Assembly (NCBI GenBank): GCA_038213435.1
Contig: JBBQTI010000007.1
Location: 16,729-80,728, forward strand
Length of the DNA: 64,000 bases
Direction: 5' to 3'
Source: Acidimicrobiia bacterium
GTDB taxonomy: Bacteria > Actinomycetota > Acidimicrobiia > IMCC26256 > PALSA-610
In this document: positions 8,932 to 18,746 of the stretch, one piece after another
Layout of the letters: each line of letters starts with the position of its first letter
Numbering within the stretch: the first letter of the stretch is position 1
Notes under the pieces: generated by a model
Seen by the model: only the letters and a program-made list of their open reading frames with translations
What the model was told of the DNA's origin: nothing
The model's database searches: none
Translations under genes and position numbers: made by a program

Positions 8932-9795
8932 GTGACGCAGTCCGTGCCCCTCCCTTGGCGCCGGCGCGCCGCGCGCGATACCGGTCGCTTCCTCTCGCCC
9001 GCGGTGCGGAATCTTGCGGGTGAGCTCGACGTCGATGCGGCGTCCTTGCTCGGCCGGGGTACGGGTGGTCGCGTGACGCGCGCGGACGTCGTCGCGGCGG
9101 CCGGTGCTCCCGGGAGCGTTCGCGACGAGGTTGTGCCGTTCGACAACGTCCGGCGCCGGACCGCGATCGGGCTCCTCGCGTCCAAGCGCGCGATCCCTCA
9201 CGCGCTCGTGGTGGTTGCGGCCGACTATGGCGCGATCGGACTCGCGCGCCGCGCCGGAGGTCTGACCGCGTTGCCGTTCGTGGCCCGGGCCGTCGTCGAT
9301 GCGCTCCGCGAATTTCCGCTGATGAACGCGACCACTGCCGAGGACGGGTTGTCCGTCGTGACCCACCGGGCCGTAAACCTCGGGATCGCGGTCGACCTCG
9401 ACTTCCACGGCCTCGTCGTGCCGGTGGTGCACGGCGCCGACGGTCTCCGCCTGCGCGCCCTCGCCGCCGCGATCCGCGACGTCGCCGGGCGCGCCCGGGC
9501 CCGGCAACTCGTGCCCGACGATCTCGCGGGCGGAACGTTCACGATCACCAACCCCGGTGCGTCGGGCACGTGGATCTCGTTCCCCGTCATCAATCGGCCC
9601 CAGGTCGGGATCCTCGCGACCGACGGCGTCTCCAAGCGGGTGGTCGCCGGTGACGACGGCCGCGTCGGTATCGCGCCGGTCGGTCATCTGTGCTGTGCGT
9701 TCGACCATCGCGCGCTCGACGGCGCGTACGCGGGCGCGTTTCTCCGGCGCGTCCGCGACATCGTCGAAACGCGCGACTGGCTCAGCGAACTTTGA
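8932..9795 (+). CDS. 2-oxoacid dehydrogenase E2 acyltransferase with subunit-binding and catalytic domains only; no lipoyl domain
   Basis: PSBD-like LSPAVRNLAGELDVDAASLLGRGTGGRVTRADV, then a catalytic domain with FTITNPGASG and DHRALDGA. GTG at 8932 (or 8944). The divergent E1 start at 8898 leaves no room for a lipoyl domain. Confidence 0.7.
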   Translation: MTQSVPLPWRRRAARDTGRFLSPAVRNLAGELDVDAASLLGRGTGGRVTRADVVAAAGAPGSVRDEVVPFDNVRRRTAIGLLASKRAIPHALVVVAADYGAIGLARRAGGLTALPFVARAVVDALREFPLMNATTAEDGLSVVTHRAVNLGIAVDLDFHGLVVPVVHGADGLRLRALAAAIRDVAGRARARQLVPDDLAGGTFTITNPGASGTWISFPVINRPQVGILATDGVSKRVVAGDDGRVGIAPVGHLCCAFDHRALDGAYAGAFLRRVRDIVETRDWLSEL

Positions 9796-10948
9796 CCGCC
9801 AGCCGCGCCGGGTCCTCGACGTCGGTCGGTTTGCACCCGGGCGGTCCGGTGACGGGATCACAGCGGGCGGGAGTGCCGCCCGGGATGCGGACCACGTAAC
9901 CGTTGCCGATCGTCGGGTCCGGCTGCTCGTAGTCGGTGCTCACCAGCTGCGCGCCACCATTCAGGGCCGCTCGCTCCATGTGCGTGTCGTTCGCCCGAGC
10001 GGCAAACGTGTCGGCGTCGGCCCGCGTGCGTACGATCATGTGCGCCGCCAGCGCCGACTTGATCCGGGTCGCGTCGGCGATCGGGTCGTTCAACTTCGCG
10101 TACGCGGCATCGTCTCGACCCGGCGACGACGGCGTGAAGAGCAGACGCCCACGCAGCGACGGGTGGCCGATCAGGTAGGCGTCGCGGAACGATTCGTTGT
10201 CGAGCGTGAAGTAGACCTTGCCGCGTACGCGGTCGAGCGTCGGCCAGCCGTGCGAGCGGACTGCCTCTCCCAACGTCGGAGCGTTGCCGCGCACGTCGTC
10301 GGGGGTGACGATCTGGTCGCGGGTGAACACTGAGAGGATCTCGCGCTCGAACGCGGCGAACATCGGTTCGGTCACGCGATCGTCCTTCATCTCGACGTGG
10401 ATGTCGAACGGCACATGAGCCGGGTGCGCATCCGACCACGTGCGAACGAGCCGAATGCACGAGACGAACGTGAGACAGGTCGAGTTCGTGTCGACATCGG
10501 CCTGGTGGATGACCTTGTAACCGGGCGTGCGCATCACCGGTTCGTCAGGCAGGCGCACCCCCACCTGGATCGGAAACGACGGCCGGGCGAACTTGCCGCC
10601 CCTCGGATCGGACCAGACGTCGAGCTCGATCTGGCGTACGCCGAGCGCGAATTGGCGGGGCAGTGGCGCGTGCGCGTAGTCAAGGCTCATCGCGAGCCCC
10701 GCGTTCCCGCCATTGCGCAGCGCGGCGAGCACCTGGGGATACGGCCGGCCGTGGTAACTGTTGTGCGACCCGAGCACCTGTATCTGATCGAGACGCAAGG
10801 TGCGGTCGAGTCGATACCCGGGAACCGACGTGGTCGTCGAGACCGGCGCGATCGCTTGGTGCCCGGCGCCACCACTACTGCACGCCGGCGCGACGAGAGC
10901 AACGAGACAAACCGCGATCGACATGTGGCGCCACACGCTTCGGAGCAT
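9782..10948 (-). CDS. secreted or lipoprotein PI-PLC-like (phosphoinositide phospholipase C X-domain-like) protein
   Basis: Start MLRSVWRHMSIAVCLVALVAPACSSGG (signal peptide with a lipobox-like Cys). LGSHNSYHGRPY and IELDVW motifs fit the bacterial PLC-like phosphodiesterase fold. The upstream 69 codons of the track ORF are Arg-rich and probably not translated. Confidence 0.65.
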   Translation of the reverse strand: MLRSVWRHMSIAVCLVALVAPACSSGGAGHQAIAPVSTTTSVPGYRLDRTLRLDQIQVLGSHNSYHGRPYPQVLAALRNGGNAGLAMSLDYAHAPLPRQFALGVRQIELDVWSDPRGGKFARPSFPIQVGVRLPDEPVMRTPGYKVIHQADVDTNSTCLTFVSCIRLVRTWSDAHPAHVPFDIHVEMKDDRVTEPMFAAFEREILSVFTRDQIVTPDDVRGNAPTLGEAVRSHGWPTLDRVRGKVYFTLDNESFRDAYLIGHPSLRGRLLFTPSSPGRDDAAYAKLNDPIADATRIKSALAAHMIVRTRADADTFAARANDTHMERAALNGGAQLVSTDYEQPDPTIGNGYVVRIPGGTPARCDPVTGPPGCKPTDVEDPARLAVKVR

Positions 10949-11028
10949 AGGATCTCGGCCGTGCACGCGCCTCCCGGCGAGTCGCGAGTCACGAGGCACG
11001 AGTACCGAAGAAAGGAGAAGCGGTCGCG

Positions 11029-11220
11029 GTGAGGGTGCGCGTCGATCCCGATCTGTGTGTCGGTCACGGCCGCTGCTACGTGCTGGCGCCTGACGTGTTC
11101 GCGGCCGACGACTTCGGACACTGCGAGATCGTCGCACCCGAGGTCGACGGCGCACTTGCCGACCAAGCGCGGATCGGCGCCGAGAACTGCCCCGAACGAG
11201 CCATCTCCTTGGAGGATTGA
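11029..11220 (+). CDS. small ferredoxin
   Basis: 63 aa. VRVDPDLCVGHGRCYVLAPDVF...AENCPERAISL has the CxxxxC...CP cluster pattern. It is followed 3 nt later by an SDR gene. Confidence 0.75.
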   Translation: MRVRVDPDLCVGHGRCYVLAPDVFAADDFGHCEIVAPEVDGALADQARIGAENCPERAISLED

Positions 11221-11223
11221 CGA

Positions 11224-12054
11224 ATGAGCGACGTGCTGCAGTACGAGGGCAAGCGCGTCATCGTGACGGGCGCGGCGTCGGGGATGGGCGCGGCGACCGC
11301 GCAGATCCTCGTCGATCTCGGTGCGGAGGTGCACGCCATCGATATCAAGAAGCCCGAGGTGACGGGGTTGGCCAGCTTCAGCCACTGCGACCTCCGCGAC
11401 CCGGCGCAGATCGACGAGACGGTCGCCAAGATCGGCAAGATCGTGAACGCGCTGTTCAATTGCGCCGGTCTGCCGAACACGTTTCCCGAGCTCGACGTGA
11501 TGCTCGTCAACTTCTGCGGGCTTCGTCAGGTGACCGAGTCGGTGATCCCGCTCATGATCGAGGGCTCGTCGATCGCGAGCATCGCGTCGACCGCGGGGAT
11601 CGGTTGGATGCAGAACATGGAGTTGCTTTTCGGTCTCGTGCTTACTCCCGACTTCGCCGCGGCGCGTGCGTGGTGCGAGGAGCACCCGAAGGAACTGGCG
11701 AACGCGTACGGGCTTTCGAAGGAAGCGATCAACGCGTACACGGCGTTTCGTTCGTTCAACCTCGCGAAGGACCGGATCCGCATCAACTGCGTGAACCCGG
11801 GTCCGACCGACACGCCGATGATGCCGGAGTTCGAGAAGGCCGTCGGCAAGAAGTACATGGACGACTTCCCGGTGCCCCTCGGTCGCCATGCGGTTGCAGA
11901 TGAGCAGGCCTGGCCGATGGTGTTCCTCAACAGTCCGCGTTCGTCGTTCGTCACGGGCCTGCAGTTCGACTGCGACGGCGGCTTCAAGGGGGGCTTGTTC
12001 ACGGGCCAGATCGACCCAACGGTCCTGATGCCGCAAGGCAACGACTCCGCCTGA
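11224..12054 (+). CDS. SDR family oxidoreductase (hydroxysteroid/coniferyl-alcohol dehydrogenase-like)
   Basis: VTGAASGMG Rossmann motif, NCAG, YGLSKEA (YxxxK), [12 protein letters not shown]. Confidence 0.8.
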   Translation: MSDVLQYEGKRVIVTGAASGMGAATAQILVDLGAEVHAIDIKKPEVTGLASFSHCDLRDPAQIDETVAKIGKIVNALFNCAGLPNTFPELDVMLVNFCGLRQVTESVIPLMIEGSSIASIASTAGIGWMQNMELLFGLVLTPDFAAARAWCEEHPKELANAYGLSKEAINAYTAFRSFNLAKDRIRINCVNPGPTDTPMMPEFEKAVGKKYMDDFPVPLGRHAVADEQAWPMVFLNSPRSSFVTGLQFDCDGGFKGGLFTGQIDPTVLMPQGNDSA

Positions 12055-12101
12055 CCCGTACATTGCCGGCCCGGGCGCCGAGCCGAATAGCCTCTCGTCG
12101 C

Positions 12102-13085
12102 ATGACCGACGCGCCGAGAAGTGACTGGACGATCGACGAGGTGCAGGCGCTCTTCGAGCTGCCGCTCATGGGATTGATCCGCCGGGCCGGCGGCGTGCAC
12201 GAGCAGTTCCACGATGTCGACGTCGTGCAGGTGAACCAGCTGCTGTCGATCAAGACCGGTGCTTGCCCCGAGGACTGCGGCTACTGCTCGCAGTCGGCGC
12301 GTCACGACACCGGTGTCAAGGCGCAGCCTCTCATGGCCGTCGACGAGGTCGTGCGCACGGCCAAGCGAGCCAAGGCCCAAGGCGTCACCCGGTTCTGCAT
12401 GGGTGCCGCATGGCGCGACGTGAAGGACAACGCGCAATTCGACCGGGTGCTCGAAATGGTGCGCCAGGTCAACGATCTGGGACTCGAGGTGTGTGCGACG
12501 CTCGGCATGCTGACGGCCGACCAGGCGCGCCGGCTGGAGGAAGCAGGCCTCTACGCTTACAACCACAACCTCGACACCTCACCCGAGTACTACGACTCGG
12601 TGATCACGACCCGCACCTACCAGGACCGCCTGGACACGATCGACAACCTGCGCACGACGAGCATCACGGTGTGCTGCGGCGGGATAATCGGGATGGGCGA
12701 ATCGGTCGCCGACCGGATCTCGTTCCTGCACCGGTTGGCGACTCTCGACCCCCACCCGGAGTCGGTGCCGATCAATATGTTGTCGCGCGTGCCGGGTACC
12801 CCCCTCGAGAACGCGGACGACGTCGAGATCCACGAGACCGTCCGCATGATCGCCGCCGCGCGAGTGCTCATGCCTACCTCTGTGGTTCGCATCGCCGCGG
12901 GCCGGCACCTGATGAGCTTCTCCGATCAGGCGCTCTGTTTCCTTGCCGGCGCCAACTCGATCTTCTCGAGCGAGCGCAACATGATGCTCACCGCGACGAC
13001 GCCGTGTGCCGACCACGCGAGCGACCGCTCGATGCTGGCGACGATGGGGTTGCGACCCCGGGTCCTCGAGCCCAGCGACCGGTGA
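12102..13085 (+). CDS. bioB: biotin synthase
   Basis: Radical-SAM [11 protein letters not shown] motif, plus the GMGE...(R)IAAGR architecture typical of BioB. ATG 12102 is preferred over the track start at 12063. Confidence 0.9.
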   Translation: MTDAPRSDWTIDEVQALFELPLMGLIRRAGGVHEQFHDVDVVQVNQLLSIKTGACPEDCGYCSQSARHDTGVKAQPLMAVDEVVRTAKRAKAQGVTRFCMGAAWRDVKDNAQFDRVLEMVRQVNDLGLEVCATLGMLTADQARRLEEAGLYAYNHNLDTSPEYYDSVITTRTYQDRLDTIDNLRTTSITVCCGGIIGMGESVADRISFLHRLATLDPHPESVPINMLSRVPGTPLENADDVEIHETVRMIAAARVLMPTSVVRIAAGRHLMSFSDQALCFLAGANSIFSSERNMMLTATTPCADHASDRSMLATMGLRPRVLEPSDR

Positions 13086-13107
13086 ACCGTTCCAGTTTCT
13101 CAGGCCG

Positions 13108-13890
13108 TCACGCGCCGCCGTGCGCGGTGTCGCAGAGGCGGGTCTGTCCGTCGGGCACCTGGCCGGCACCGACACCCTCGAGGGCGGCGAACGGTCCACA
13201 CTGATTCGGCACGACCCAGACGTGCAGCATCGGGGTGTTGCCGGCTTTCGACGACCCCGGCGCGCACTGGCCGTTGACGGCGGTAAGGCCCGACAGCGTC
13301 TTTTGCACCGGGTCGTTCGTCAGACAGAGATCGGCGTGCACGTGCCACTGTGTGAGCGCGCCGCCGACGTCGGGCGCGTCGGTGAAGCGGCTGCCGAACG
13401 GCAGCATGAACATCGCGGCGGCGATTTGCTGCGTGCCGTTCTTCACCTCGTAGACCAGTGACTCGGGTCGCGTCGGGTCGAGGATGTGGCCGTCGTCGAC
13501 GGTGGCCCAATTGATGAAGTGCTCGTCGCCGGTGATGCGGTCGCCGATCGAGCGGTACCCGGCCGCCATCGCGTCGGCCGGGTAGGTGAACTTGCGGAGG
13601 TCGACGATCGTCGAGCGGACCAACTGCTCGGCGCGGCGCTGCTCGGCCGGAGTGACGCCGGGGGTTCCCGCGAGGTCGATCGGCTTCGTCGGGTCGTAGG
13701 GCTTTGGTTTCGCGACCGTCGTCGAGGTGGTCGAGGTCGCCTTCGTCGTCGACGAGGCGGCGGGTGGGGGCGCGCTGGATTGATGCCCGCCCGACGATCC
13801 GCCGCACGCGCTCAGCACGAGCGCGAGCGCAAGCGACCCAATCGCGAACGGCCTGATACCAACCCGAGCCCCCGACTTCCGCATCCGCAC
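13108..13890 (-). CDS. lipoprotein of unknown function
   Basis: Signal peptide with lipobox LVLSAC, then a Ser/Thr/Pro-rich linker and a His/Cys-containing domain (QWHVHADLC). GC3-rich. Confidence 0.65.
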   Translation of the reverse strand: MRMRKSGARVGIRPFAIGSLALALVLSACGGSSGGHQSSAPPPAASSTTKATSTTSTTVAKPKPYDPTKPIDLAGTPGVTPAEQRRAEQLVRSTIVDLRKFTYPADAMAAGYRSIGDRITGDEHFINWATVDDGHILDPTRPESLVYEVKNGTQQIAAAMFMLPFGSRFTDAPDVGGALTQWHVHADLCLTNDPVQKTLSGLTAVNGQCAPGSSKAGNTPMLHVWVVPNQCGPFAALEGVGAGQVPDGQTRLCDTAHGGA

Positions 13891-14001
13891 AGACTACTCA
13901 GCGAATGTGTGGGCGTTACTGCGCCGGAAGTGGCTCAGTTCGAATCTGGCTCGACCGATATTGCATGTACGGTCCGATCCACGCAACCGAGGAGTATCGC
14001 C

Positions 14002-14235
14002 ATGATCGAGGTAGTCGCCTTACTGCTCATCGTGGCCGGGTTCGTGCTGTGGGACCGGAGGTCGCCGACGAGTGCCTCACCCGACACGCGCATGATCCGG
14101 ATCGGTGTAGTCCTCGCGGCTATCGGTGCGGTGTTCAGCTTCATCGCCTGGTGGGCGATCGTGCCAGTGGTCGTGCTGCTCGTCGGCGCGACGATGATCG
14201 TGGTGGGACGCCACCGGGTTGTTTCCGCGGCGTAG
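14002..14235 (+). CDS. small membrane protein (2 predicted TM helices)
   Basis: ATG 14002 preceded by GAGGAG (13989-13994). 77 aa with two hydrophobic stretches (MIEVVALLLIVAGFVLW; IGVVLAAIGAVFSFIAWWAIVPVVVLLVGATMIVVG). Confidence 0.5.
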   Translation: MIEVVALLLIVAGFVLWDRRSPTSASPDTRMIRIGVVLAAIGAVFSFIAWWAIVPVVVLLVGATMIVVGRHRVVSAA

Positions 14236-14349
14236 CGCCCAGCTCGCAGCAACCGCAGAGGCGGGCCGCTCGTCGTCCAGAAGTTCTGCGAGCTGAGTGA
14301 CTGACCACGAGTGCCGCTCGATCCCCGCCGCCATCGCCGGGGGTTCCAC

Positions 14350-16251
14350 CTACTGCGGCAGCGCTCGGAGGAATCCGGCGGCCAGCGGGGCCGCGACGCG
14401 CCCGCCCACACCGCCGTCCTCGACGATTACCGCGAACGCGAGGTCGCCTCGGAACCCGATGAACCACGCGTGCGTACGGGGTGGGTTGGCATTGCCGAAC
14501 TCGGCCGTGCCGGTCTTGCCGAACGAGTTGGCCGGCAGGCCCGCTCCGGCCGCGGTGCCACCCGGACGCACGACACTCGCCATGAACGATTTCAGCGTCG
14601 AGTCGACGCGCGGGTCGAGCGGGGCGACGCCCGGAGGGGCGGCCGGTGCCGGCTGGGTGACGAGTGCCGGTGCCCGCCACCGCCCATACGCGACGGTCGC
14701 CGCGACCGACGCCATCTGCACTGGGCTCGCGAGTATGCGTCCCTGTCCGATCGCCGATGCGGCGCGCTCGGCACGATCGCTCGGCTTCGGGTACGAACCG
14801 CCGGCCGCCTCGATACCGAGCGACCAATGCGCGTTGAACCCGAACAAGGTTGCCGCGTTCGCGAGCGCGTCCGCGGGGAGGGGATCGGCCAGACCGATGA
14901 ACGCGTTGTTGCACGAGATCGCGAACGCGCTCGCGAGGTCGAGCGAGCCGGAGGATTCGCCTTCGAAGTTCGCGAAGGTACGACCGTCGACGGTGATCGT
15001 CGGTGGACAAGGTGCCGGAGTGGACCCCGTGTCACCGGCGGCGAGCAGGGCCGCCGATGTGATGACCTTGAAGGTCGAACCCGGCGGGTACGTGCCCGAA
15101 AGTGCGCGATTGAATCCACCGTCGGGCTTCGAGACCACTGCTCGGATCGCGCCCGTCGACGGGTCGATTGCAACCAGCGCCGCGTTGTTGCGGACGCCGG
15201 CGAGCGCTGCTTCCGCGGCCCTCTGAGTCGAGGGATCGATCGTGAGCCGCACCGGTTGCCCCGGCTTGCCCGCGAAGCGCTTGAGCTTGCGTACGGTCGC
15301 GCCCTTGCGTTCGACGATCACGACGTCGGTGCTCGGCGATCCGGAGAGCCGCTTCTCGTAGACGGATTCCAGACCGGAGAGCCCGACTCGATCGCCGACC
15401 GCGTCGGGCGGGCCGCGCTGGTGGAGCCGTTCGGCCGTTATGCCGCCGCCGCTGCCGAGTATCGCCGCGCCGAGCGCGGCGTCGACCGCGACCACGCCCT
15501 GGGCGTCCCGGAAGATGATCCCGTTGATCGGCACCAGCTGATCGTGGATGCGTTGGTAGCGCTCCGCGGGAAGCCGTGAGACCGTGGCTACCGGGAGGAA
15601 GTAGAACGGCCGCACGCCGGGTGCGTGCAGCACCTTGTCGATCTCCGCCGGGTCGACGCCGAGCAACGACTTCATACCGAACTTCACGGCCGCGAGATCG
15701 GCCGGGGACTTGATGTGATCGGGTTCGAGGCCGACCTGCACGATTGCCTCGTCGCCGACGAGCACGCTGCCGTCGCTGGCGAGGATCGGCGCGCGCGCGG
15801 GCCAGACTCGATCGACCGTCAAGTGCTGGCCGGCGCCCAGACCCGGGAAGAGATCGGTCGGATTCCACTTGATGAGCCAGCCCGCCTTCGAGTGGACGAG
15901 CGCGAGCGCGCCGTCCCACTCGATCGCGCCGAGGCCCTTGAGCGCGACCTTCGCGTGATACCTCGCGCTCGCGTCGGTCGCGGTGCCGGAAAGGGCCGTT
16001 CGCGTGTACGTCGCCGAGCTACCGGGAACCGCCTGCACCAGGCCCGACACCGCGGCGGCGAGGTCGGTGGGCGGCGAGTCGAGGAGCGTGGCCATGTCGG
16101 CCGGGTCGTTGCGGGCCCACGCGTGCAGGAAGGTGTCGACCTCGCGGCTCGGGAGCGTGACCTTGTCCGTGTGGGTCTTCGCGACGACGACGCCCACGAT
16201 GCTGCCGGCGACGACGAGGAGCGCCGCAAAGAAGACGAGAGCGCGCTTCAT
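14350..16251 (-). CDS. penicillin-binding protein, class B transpeptidase with an N-terminal NTF2-like (MecA_N-type) domain
   Basis: Membrane anchor MKRALVFFAALLVVAGSIVGVVVA. Has SxxK (STFK), SxN (SCN) and KTG (KTGT) motifs. Confidence 0.85.
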   Translation of the reverse strand: MKRALVFFAALLVVAGSIVGVVVAKTHTDKVTLPSREVDTFLHAWARNDPADMATLLDSPPTDLAAAVSGLVQAVPGSSATYTRTALSGTATDASARYHAKVALKGLGAIEWDGALALVHSKAGWLIKWNPTDLFPGLGAGQHLTVDRVWPARAPILASDGSVLVGDEAIVQVGLEPDHIKSPADLAAVKFGMKSLLGVDPAEIDKVLHAPGVRPFYFLPVATVSRLPAERYQRIHDQLVPINGIIFRDAQGVVAVDAALGAAILGSGGGITAERLHQRGPPDAVGDRVGLSGLESVYEKRLSGSPSTDVVIVERKGATVRKLKRFAGKPGQPVRLTIDPSTQRAAEAALAGVRNNAALVAIDPSTGAIRAVVSKPDGGFNRALSGTYPPGSTFKVITSAALLAAGDTGSTPAPCPPTITVDGRTFANFEGESSGSLDLASAFAISCNNAFIGLADPLPADALANAATLFGFNAHWSLGIEAAGGSYPKPSDRAERAASAIGQGRILASPVQMASVAATVAYGRWRAPALVTQPAPAAPPGVAPLDPRVDSTLKSFMASVVRPGGTAAGAGLPANSFGKTGTAEFGNANPPRTHAWFIGFRGDLAFAVIVEDGGVGGRVAAPLAAGFLRALPQ

Positions 16252-16355
16252 CGGCCGCCAGTCTGGCCCAGGGGAGCCCGCCGTCGGTGGCGCGCCGCCC
16301 TCGGGATGCCGGAAGTGGGGCGTCGTTCGACACGTCACGGCTCAGAGGACGAAGA

Positions 16356-16369
16356 TGGAACACGTTCTA
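16356..16369. promoter_or_regulatory. KstR-type TetR operator candidate (TnnAACnnGTTnnA)
   Basis: TGGAACACGTTCTA lies 39 nt upstream of the ATG of the first of two adjacent ACAD genes. All 8 fixed positions of the published KstR motif are present. Confidence 0.4.
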
Positions 16370-16407
16370 TCCCCGTGACCATGCGGTCGAGTAGTGGCGG
16401 AGGCCAG

Positions 16408-17586
16408 ATGTACGTCGGGTTGAGCAAGGAGCAGGAGGCGCTGCGCGACGAGCTGCGCGCGTACTACGACGGCCTGCTGACGTCCGAGGTCGAGGACGAC
16501 CTGCGCAAGGGTGAGGGTGTCGGCCGGGTTTCGAAGGACGTCTGGAAGCAGATGTGTCGCGACGGCTGGGCGGGCGTCGGGTGGCCGAAGGAGTGGGGGG
16601 GCCGCGGCATGACCCCGATCGAGCAGTTCGTGTTCTTCGACGAGTCGATGCGCGCGGGTGCACCGGTGCCGATGCTCACGATCAATTCCGTCGCGCCGAC
16701 CATCATGCGGTATGGATCCGAAGAACAGAAGAACTTCTACGTCGACAAGATCCTCAAGGGCGAGATCCATTTCGCGATCGGCTACACCGAGTCCGACGCC
16801 GGCACCGACCTCGCGTCGCTGAAGACTCGCGCGGTGCGCGACGGCGACGAGTACGTCATAAACGGCCAGAAGGTCTTCACGAGTCTTGCGAGCGGCGCCG
16901 ACTACATCTGGCTCGCGGTGCGCACGAGCCAGGAGGCCAAGAAGCACAAGGGCATCTCGATCATCATCGTGCCCACCGACACGCCCGGGTTCTCGTACAA
17001 GAAGATCGAGAACTTCGGCGACACCAACACGAACATCACCTACTACGAGGACGTTCGGGTTCCGGCCGGCAACCTCGTTGGCGGGGAAAACCAGGGTTGG
17101 TCCCTCATCACGAACCAGCTGAACCACGAACGCGTGACGTTGTGCTCGTCGGGTGTCGTGGAGCGCCAGCTCGACGACGTCCGCAAATGGGCGCAGGACA
17201 CGAAGCTCGCAGACGGCCGGCGCGTGATCGACCAGGAATGGGTGCAGGTCAACCTTGCGCGCGTTCACGCCAAGCTCGAGTTCCTGAAGCTCGCGAACTG
17301 GCGGGTCGCGTGGCTCGCGCAGAACGGCGAGGCGTTGAATCCGGCCGACGCATCGTCGATCAAGGTGTACGGCACCGAGTTCTACATGGAAGCCGCGCGC
17401 CTCTTGATGGAGATCATGCGCGACCAGGCACCGATCGCAGGCAAGTCGCCCGGCGCCGTGGTGCGGGGCCGGGTCGAGCGCATGCTGCGCGGCATGCACA
17501 TCCTGACCTTCGGCGGCGGCACCAACGAGATGCAGCGAGACCTGATCGCGATCTTCGGGCTCAACATGCCCGGAAGCCCGCGCTGA
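16408..17586 (+). CDS. acyl-CoA dehydrogenase family protein (first gene of an adjacent pair)
   Basis: ATG 16408 with GGCGGAGG upstream. Contains YTESDAGTDLASLKTRAVRDGDEYVINGQKVFTS. The C-terminal GGGTNEMQR lacks the canonical YEG catalytic Glu position. Confidence 0.85.
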   Translation: MYVGLSKEQEALRDELRAYYDGLLTSEVEDDLRKGEGVGRVSKDVWKQMCRDGWAGVGWPKEWGGRGMTPIEQFVFFDESMRAGAPVPMLTINSVAPTIMRYGSEEQKNFYVDKILKGEIHFAIGYTESDAGTDLASLKTRAVRDGDEYVINGQKVFTSLASGADYIWLAVRTSQEAKKHKGISIIIVPTDTPGFSYKKIENFGDTNTNITYYEDVRVPAGNLVGGENQGWSLITNQLNHERVTLCSSGVVERQLDDVRKWAQDTKLADGRRVIDQEWVQVNLARVHAKLEFLKLANWRVAWLAQNGEALNPADASSIKVYGTEFYMEAARLLMEIMRDQAPIAGKSPGAVVRGRVERMLRGMHILTFGGGTNEMQRDLIAIFGLNMPGSPR

Positions 17587-17617
17587 GCCCTTACGACGGT
17601 ATTTGGGGAGACGAACC

Positions 17618-18739
17618 ATGGATTTCGCACTTTCCGAGGAACAGCAGGAGCTCGCCGGTCTCGCCGCGCGCATCCTCGAGGACCGGATGACGTTGCAGCA
17701 CCTGAAGGAGCGCGACCGGTCCGACGACTGGTACGACCTCGACACGTGGCGCGAGTTCGCGAAGGCGAACCTGCTCGGTATTGCTCTGCCGGAGACCGTC
17801 GGCGGCCTCGGTTTCGGCTTCCTCGATGTGTGCATGGTGTTGCGTGAGGTCGGGCGCCACGTCGCGCCCCTCCCGATGATCCCGACCCTCGTCAGCGCGG
17901 CGCTGCCGATCGCCCGCTTCGGCACCGACGCGCAGCGCGCGGTGCTGTCGAAGGTCGTCGCGGGCGATCTGCTCCTCACCGCCGCGCTCGTCGAGTACGG
18001 CAGCGAGCCGGAGCGACCGGCGACGACCGCGACGCGCGAAGGCGACGGCTGGCGGCTCGACGGGTTGAAGGGGAGTGTCCCGGGCGCCGCCGCGGCCGAG
18101 CTCGTCGTGGTCCCGGCGCGCGTCGACGACGGTGTCGGTGTGTTCCTCGTCCCCACCAACGCGACCGGCGTGACGCTGGAACGCCAGGAGATCATGAACC
18201 ACGAGCCGTTGTTCGAGCTTCGGCTCGACGGCGTGCGCGTCGGTGATGACGCGCGGCTCGGAACACCCGAGCAGGGCGGCGAGATCCTCGCGTTCGCGCT
18301 CAACCGCACAATGGTCGCGTCGTGTGCCGTCGTCTCCGGTGTCGCCGACAAGGCGCTTCGGCTCACCGCGCACTACACGACGGAGCGCAAGCAGTTCGAC
18401 CGCCAGATCGGAACGTTCCAGGCCGTCGGGCAGCGCATGGCCGACTGCTACATCGACAACCAGGCGATCGAGCTCACGATGCTGCAGGCGGCGACCCACC
18501 TCGACGAAGGGCGTGACGACCCGCTCGAGGTCGCGACCGCCAAGTTCTGGGCCGCCGACGGTGGAAACCGGATCGGCCACGCCGCCCTGCACATCCACGG
18601 CGGGATCAGCATCGACGTCGATTTCCCGATCCACCGCTACTTCCTGTGGCTGAAGCGCTACGAGTTCTCGCTCGGCTCGGCCACGCCGGAGCTACTCCGG
18701 ATCGGCGAGGTCCTCGCGGACACGCCCGTCCCCCATTGA
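17618..18739 (+). CDS. acyl-CoA dehydrogenase family protein (second gene of the pair)
   Basis: MDFALSEEQQELAGLAARILE..., with C-terminal ERKQFDRQIGTFQAV and IHGGISIDVDFPIHRYF. It starts 31 nt after the previous ACAD. Confidence 0.8.
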   Translation: MDFALSEEQQELAGLAARILEDRMTLQHLKERDRSDDWYDLDTWREFAKANLLGIALPETVGGLGFGFLDVCMVLREVGRHVAPLPMIPTLVSAALPIARFGTDAQRAVLSKVVAGDLLLTAALVEYGSEPERPATTATREGDGWRLDGLKGSVPGAAAAELVVVPARVDDGVGVFLVPTNATGVTLERQEIMNHEPLFELRLDGVRVGDDARLGTPEQGGEILAFALNRTMVASCAVVSGVADKALRLTAHYTTERKQFDRQIGTFQAVGQRMADCYIDNQAIELTMLQAATHLDEGRDDPLEVATAKFWAADGGNRIGHAALHIHGGISIDVDFPIHRYFLWLKRYEFSLGSATPELLRIGEVLADTPVPH

Positions 18740-18746
18740 GGGGGCG

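Noticed and set aside
16359-16368. GAACACGTTC read as a LexA/SOS box upstream of the ACAD pair.
   Set aside because: The spacing is GAAC-N2-GTTC, not the N4 of the actinobacterial LexA box. The 14-mer fits the KstR motif TnnAACnnGTTnnA better and is reported as such.
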